From positions 256,001 through 320,000 of the forward strand of contig JBGAHS010000009.1 in NCBI GenBank assembly GCA_044226015.1: a DNA stretch of 64,000 nucleotides, given 5' to 3'. Both the position numbers and the translations under genes were made by a program. Position 1 is the first letter of the stretch; each line of letters starts with the position of its first letter. The notes under the pieces are model-generated. The model had not been told where the DNA came from. It was given only the letters and a program-made list of their open reading frames with translations, and did not search any database. Shown here piece by piece: positions 61,878 to 64,000 of this stretch. Source of the stretch: Candidatus Obscuribacteraceae bacterium. GTDB lineage: Bacteria; Cyanobacteriota; Vampirovibrionia; Obscuribacterales; Obscuribacteraceae.

Positions 61878-63479
61878 TTGAGCCATACAACGGAAGAGCA
61901 TTCTGCACCTGTTAGAAGATTGCCTCTCATAACTCCATTTGGATTCGCTCTGATATTCCTGGCTCTGGCTGGCGTATTCTTCAGATTCTACAAACTTGAC
62001 CTTAGAGAGTTTTGGTACGACGAAACTATTTGCTGGCTTGCCAGCATGGGTCACGGCTTGCCAATCGAGCCCAATAGCTTTAGGGACTCAATGTCCATTT
62101 TTTCTGAGCTAGTAAGGGTACAGGATTGCGGACCTTCAGAGGTTGTCGATAATTTTTCAAGGACTCATACCTGGCACGTGCCACTGATTGGATTATTGAC
62201 CCATTACTGGTTAAGCCTGTTTGGGGCTACTGTTTTTAACGCCAGATTGCTGTGCGTGATTCTCTCGCTCTTTCAACTGCCAGCCGCTTACTGGCTAGGA
62301 ATAGCAATGACTGGAAAAAGGCGCGCTGGGCTCTGCTGTCTTGCTCTTGTATCCGCCTCTCCATTGCTTGTTTCTTATGCCCAAGAACTGAGTGATTATG
62401 CTTTGCTTTCGAGCACATTGATAGCTGCTCAGGCGGCTTTCCTTTTTGCAATTAGGAAACGAAAACTTTTGTTCTGGGCAATTTATGCTCTTGTTTTGGC
62501 TTTAGGTCTGGCGAACTCGCTTCACTTTGTTTTCTTGCCGCTAACCCAAATGGCTTACGCTTGTTTCTTAGGACGCAAGAGGCTCAAATTATTGCTCCCT
62601 TTATTGGCATGTTTGGCTCTTGCATTAGTGCTTAGTTCTCCATTGTGGATCAAAATCTTTTACTGGATGAATCATGCCCGAGCTGACATGGAATGGCTCA
62701 ACAAGAGAACTGAATTGCCGTATTTGCTCAAGGGTTTGATTGATAATCTCGGATTCACATTCCTTGATTGGAATACCTTTTACGAAAAGGGAAATGAGAG
62801 CCATACTTACTGGGATCTCTACGTTTTGATTCATCTCCTTGAGATATTGGCGATGCTGTTTTGTTTTCGAGGCAGATTCAGAGTCTTCAAGAAGCTGCTT
62901 CCTCTCTCATTTTTGAGTAACGTTGGGCCCTGGCTTTTGCTCGATTTAGTGCGCTCTGGTTTTCGAAGTTCGATTACCAGGTATGTTCTTCAAGCTTGCA
63001 TTATGCTGAACGTAGCTGTATCACTTGTTTTGTATAAGTTTTGGTCCAAGCGAGAAACGAGCAATTCCCATGCGGTCGGATTTTTGCTGCTCTTCTGTCT
63101 GCTGGCTTATTCTGAATTGAGCTCTTGTTATATTTTGTCTAACTCGCAGATGAGCCAAAATAGAGCTATTAAGAAAACGAGCTTGAAGGAACTTGCGCAT
63201 TTCCTCAATTCAATACAAAAGCCTGTGTGTTTGATTATTGATTTAGGTGTTCCAACAAATAAAATGCAGTCGGTTGCATTGTCTCGCTATCTTGAAAAAC
63301 CTATTAAATACTACTATTTTGGGGGAAGGCTACCAGAAAAATTTGACGCAGATACTGTCTATCTGGCGATGAATCCTCTTGAAGATACGCAGCAGCTCAT
63401 AAAGAAAACTATTGCTTGCCGAATGATTTATCCCACCCGAAGCAAATACATTTTTGAAATAGAGCCTCCGAGTTTTTAG
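61878..63479 (+). CDS. GT-C membrane glycosyltransferase (family 39/ArnT-like)
   Basis: FRFYKLD...FWYDE motif, HVPL, ARLL, SPLLVSYAQE; many TM helices. Confidence 0.85.
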   Translation: MSHTTEEHSAPVRRLPLITPFGFALIFLALAGVFFRFYKLDLREFWYDETICWLASMGHGLPIEPNSFRDSMSIFSELVRVQDCGPSEVVDNFSRTHTWHVPLIGLLTHYWLSLFGATVFNARLLCVILSLFQLPAAYWLGIAMTGKRRAGLCCLALVSASPLLVSYAQELSDYALLSSTLIAAQAAFLFAIRKRKLLFWAIYALVLALGLANSLHFVFLPLTQMAYACFLGRKRLKLLLPLLACLALALVLSSPLWIKIFYWMNHARADMEWLNKRTELPYLLKGLIDNLGFTFLDWNTFYEKGNESHTYWDLYVLIHLLEILAMLFCFRGRFRVFKKLLPLSFLSNVGPWLLLDLVRSGFRSSITRYVLQACIMLNVAVSLVLYKFWSKRETSNSHAVGFLLLFCLLAYSELSSCYILSNSQMSQNRAIKKTSLKELAHFLNSIQKPVCLIIDLGVPTNKMQSVALSRYLEKPIKYYYFGGRLPEKFDADTVYLAMNPLEDTQQLIKKTIACRMIYPTRSKYIFEIEPPSF

Positions 63480-64000
63480 TCTTGAACTTCTGGATTTCTT
63501 TTCTGCGGTTTTGATTCGGAAGAGTTAGGGTGCGCCTTCTGGTAGTGTTGTATTGATTTTTCCACCAGGGCCATCGCCTTATCAAACCTGCCTAGAGTGC
63601 GGAAGTTGTATGCTGATTCCAGTTCGACCTCCGGATCATCTGGGTAGAGCAGTCGGGCCTTCTTTAAGTAAGATTCTGCTGCAAGCTCTCGTCCTTCATT
63701 ATGAAGACTTCTGGCCAAGCCCAACAAGGCCGCTTTGTTTTCTGGTTCCTTTGCAATTATTTGCTTGAACTCTTTCTTTGATTGACCTGCTTTTCCTCTC
63801 CATGACAGCACTCTTGCATGATTTGCCAGGTCGTCGCTTTCGCCCGTTTCTTGATGGAGTTCTTTGTATAAGGCTAGGGCTTTGTCATAAAGTTTTCGCG
63901 ATTCGTAAGATTGTGCAAGCAGTCTCTTTGTTTCATTTTTGTCAGTGCTTGCGCTATTCAATTCGCGTTCAACAATTTGTGTCGCTTTTTCCTTTAATTT
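63476..64000 (-). CDS. TPR-repeat protein (5' end outside window)
   Basis: TPR-like helices (LAQSYESRKLYDKALALY, ALLGLARSL); the frame stays open from 63961 to the window edge (KLKEKATQIVERE). Confidence 0.8.
   Translation of the reverse strand, partial: KLKEKATQIVERELNSASTDKNETKRLLAQSYESRKLYDKALALYKELHQETGESDDLANHARVLSWRGKAGQSKKEFKQIIAKEPENKAALLGLARSLHNEGRELAAESYLKKARLLYPDDPEVELESAYNFRTLGRFDKAMALVEKSIQHYQKAHPNSSESKPQKRNPEVQD

Overview
Bacterial chromosomal window of moderate GC. EF-Tu style and tRNAs without encoded CCA suggest a Cyanobacteria-related, non-photosynthetic lineage such as Melainabacteria/Obscuribacterales; this is an inference, not a verified assignment. The left end (1-5 kb) is housekeeping: tuf (cut by the window edge), tRNA-Thr/Tyr/Thr, rlmB, a small HTH protein and selA. 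The right end (49.8-64 kb) holds a hybrid histidine kinase and response regulator, a MocR-family regulator with a divergent small secreted protein, an orphan cpaB, a diguanylate cyclase and a GH8/GT39/acyltransferase cluster. The centre (5-49 kb) is the notable part. It encodes a coiled-coil protein, two tandem paralogous membrane-anchored VirD4/TrwB-like ATPases of unusual architecture, a HerA-type ATPase, and a protein with half of a DNase I-like (EEP) domain. It also encodes two giant repeat proteins without signal peptides: about 5976 aa once a frameshift in a 39-bp tandem repeat is repaired, and 3621 aa. The giants share a short N-terminal motif and a C-terminal helix-LysM-LysM-terminal domain module. 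No relaxase, VirB channel or integrase is visible, so this is proposed as a candidate undescribed FtsK/HerA-driven export or surface-display system.
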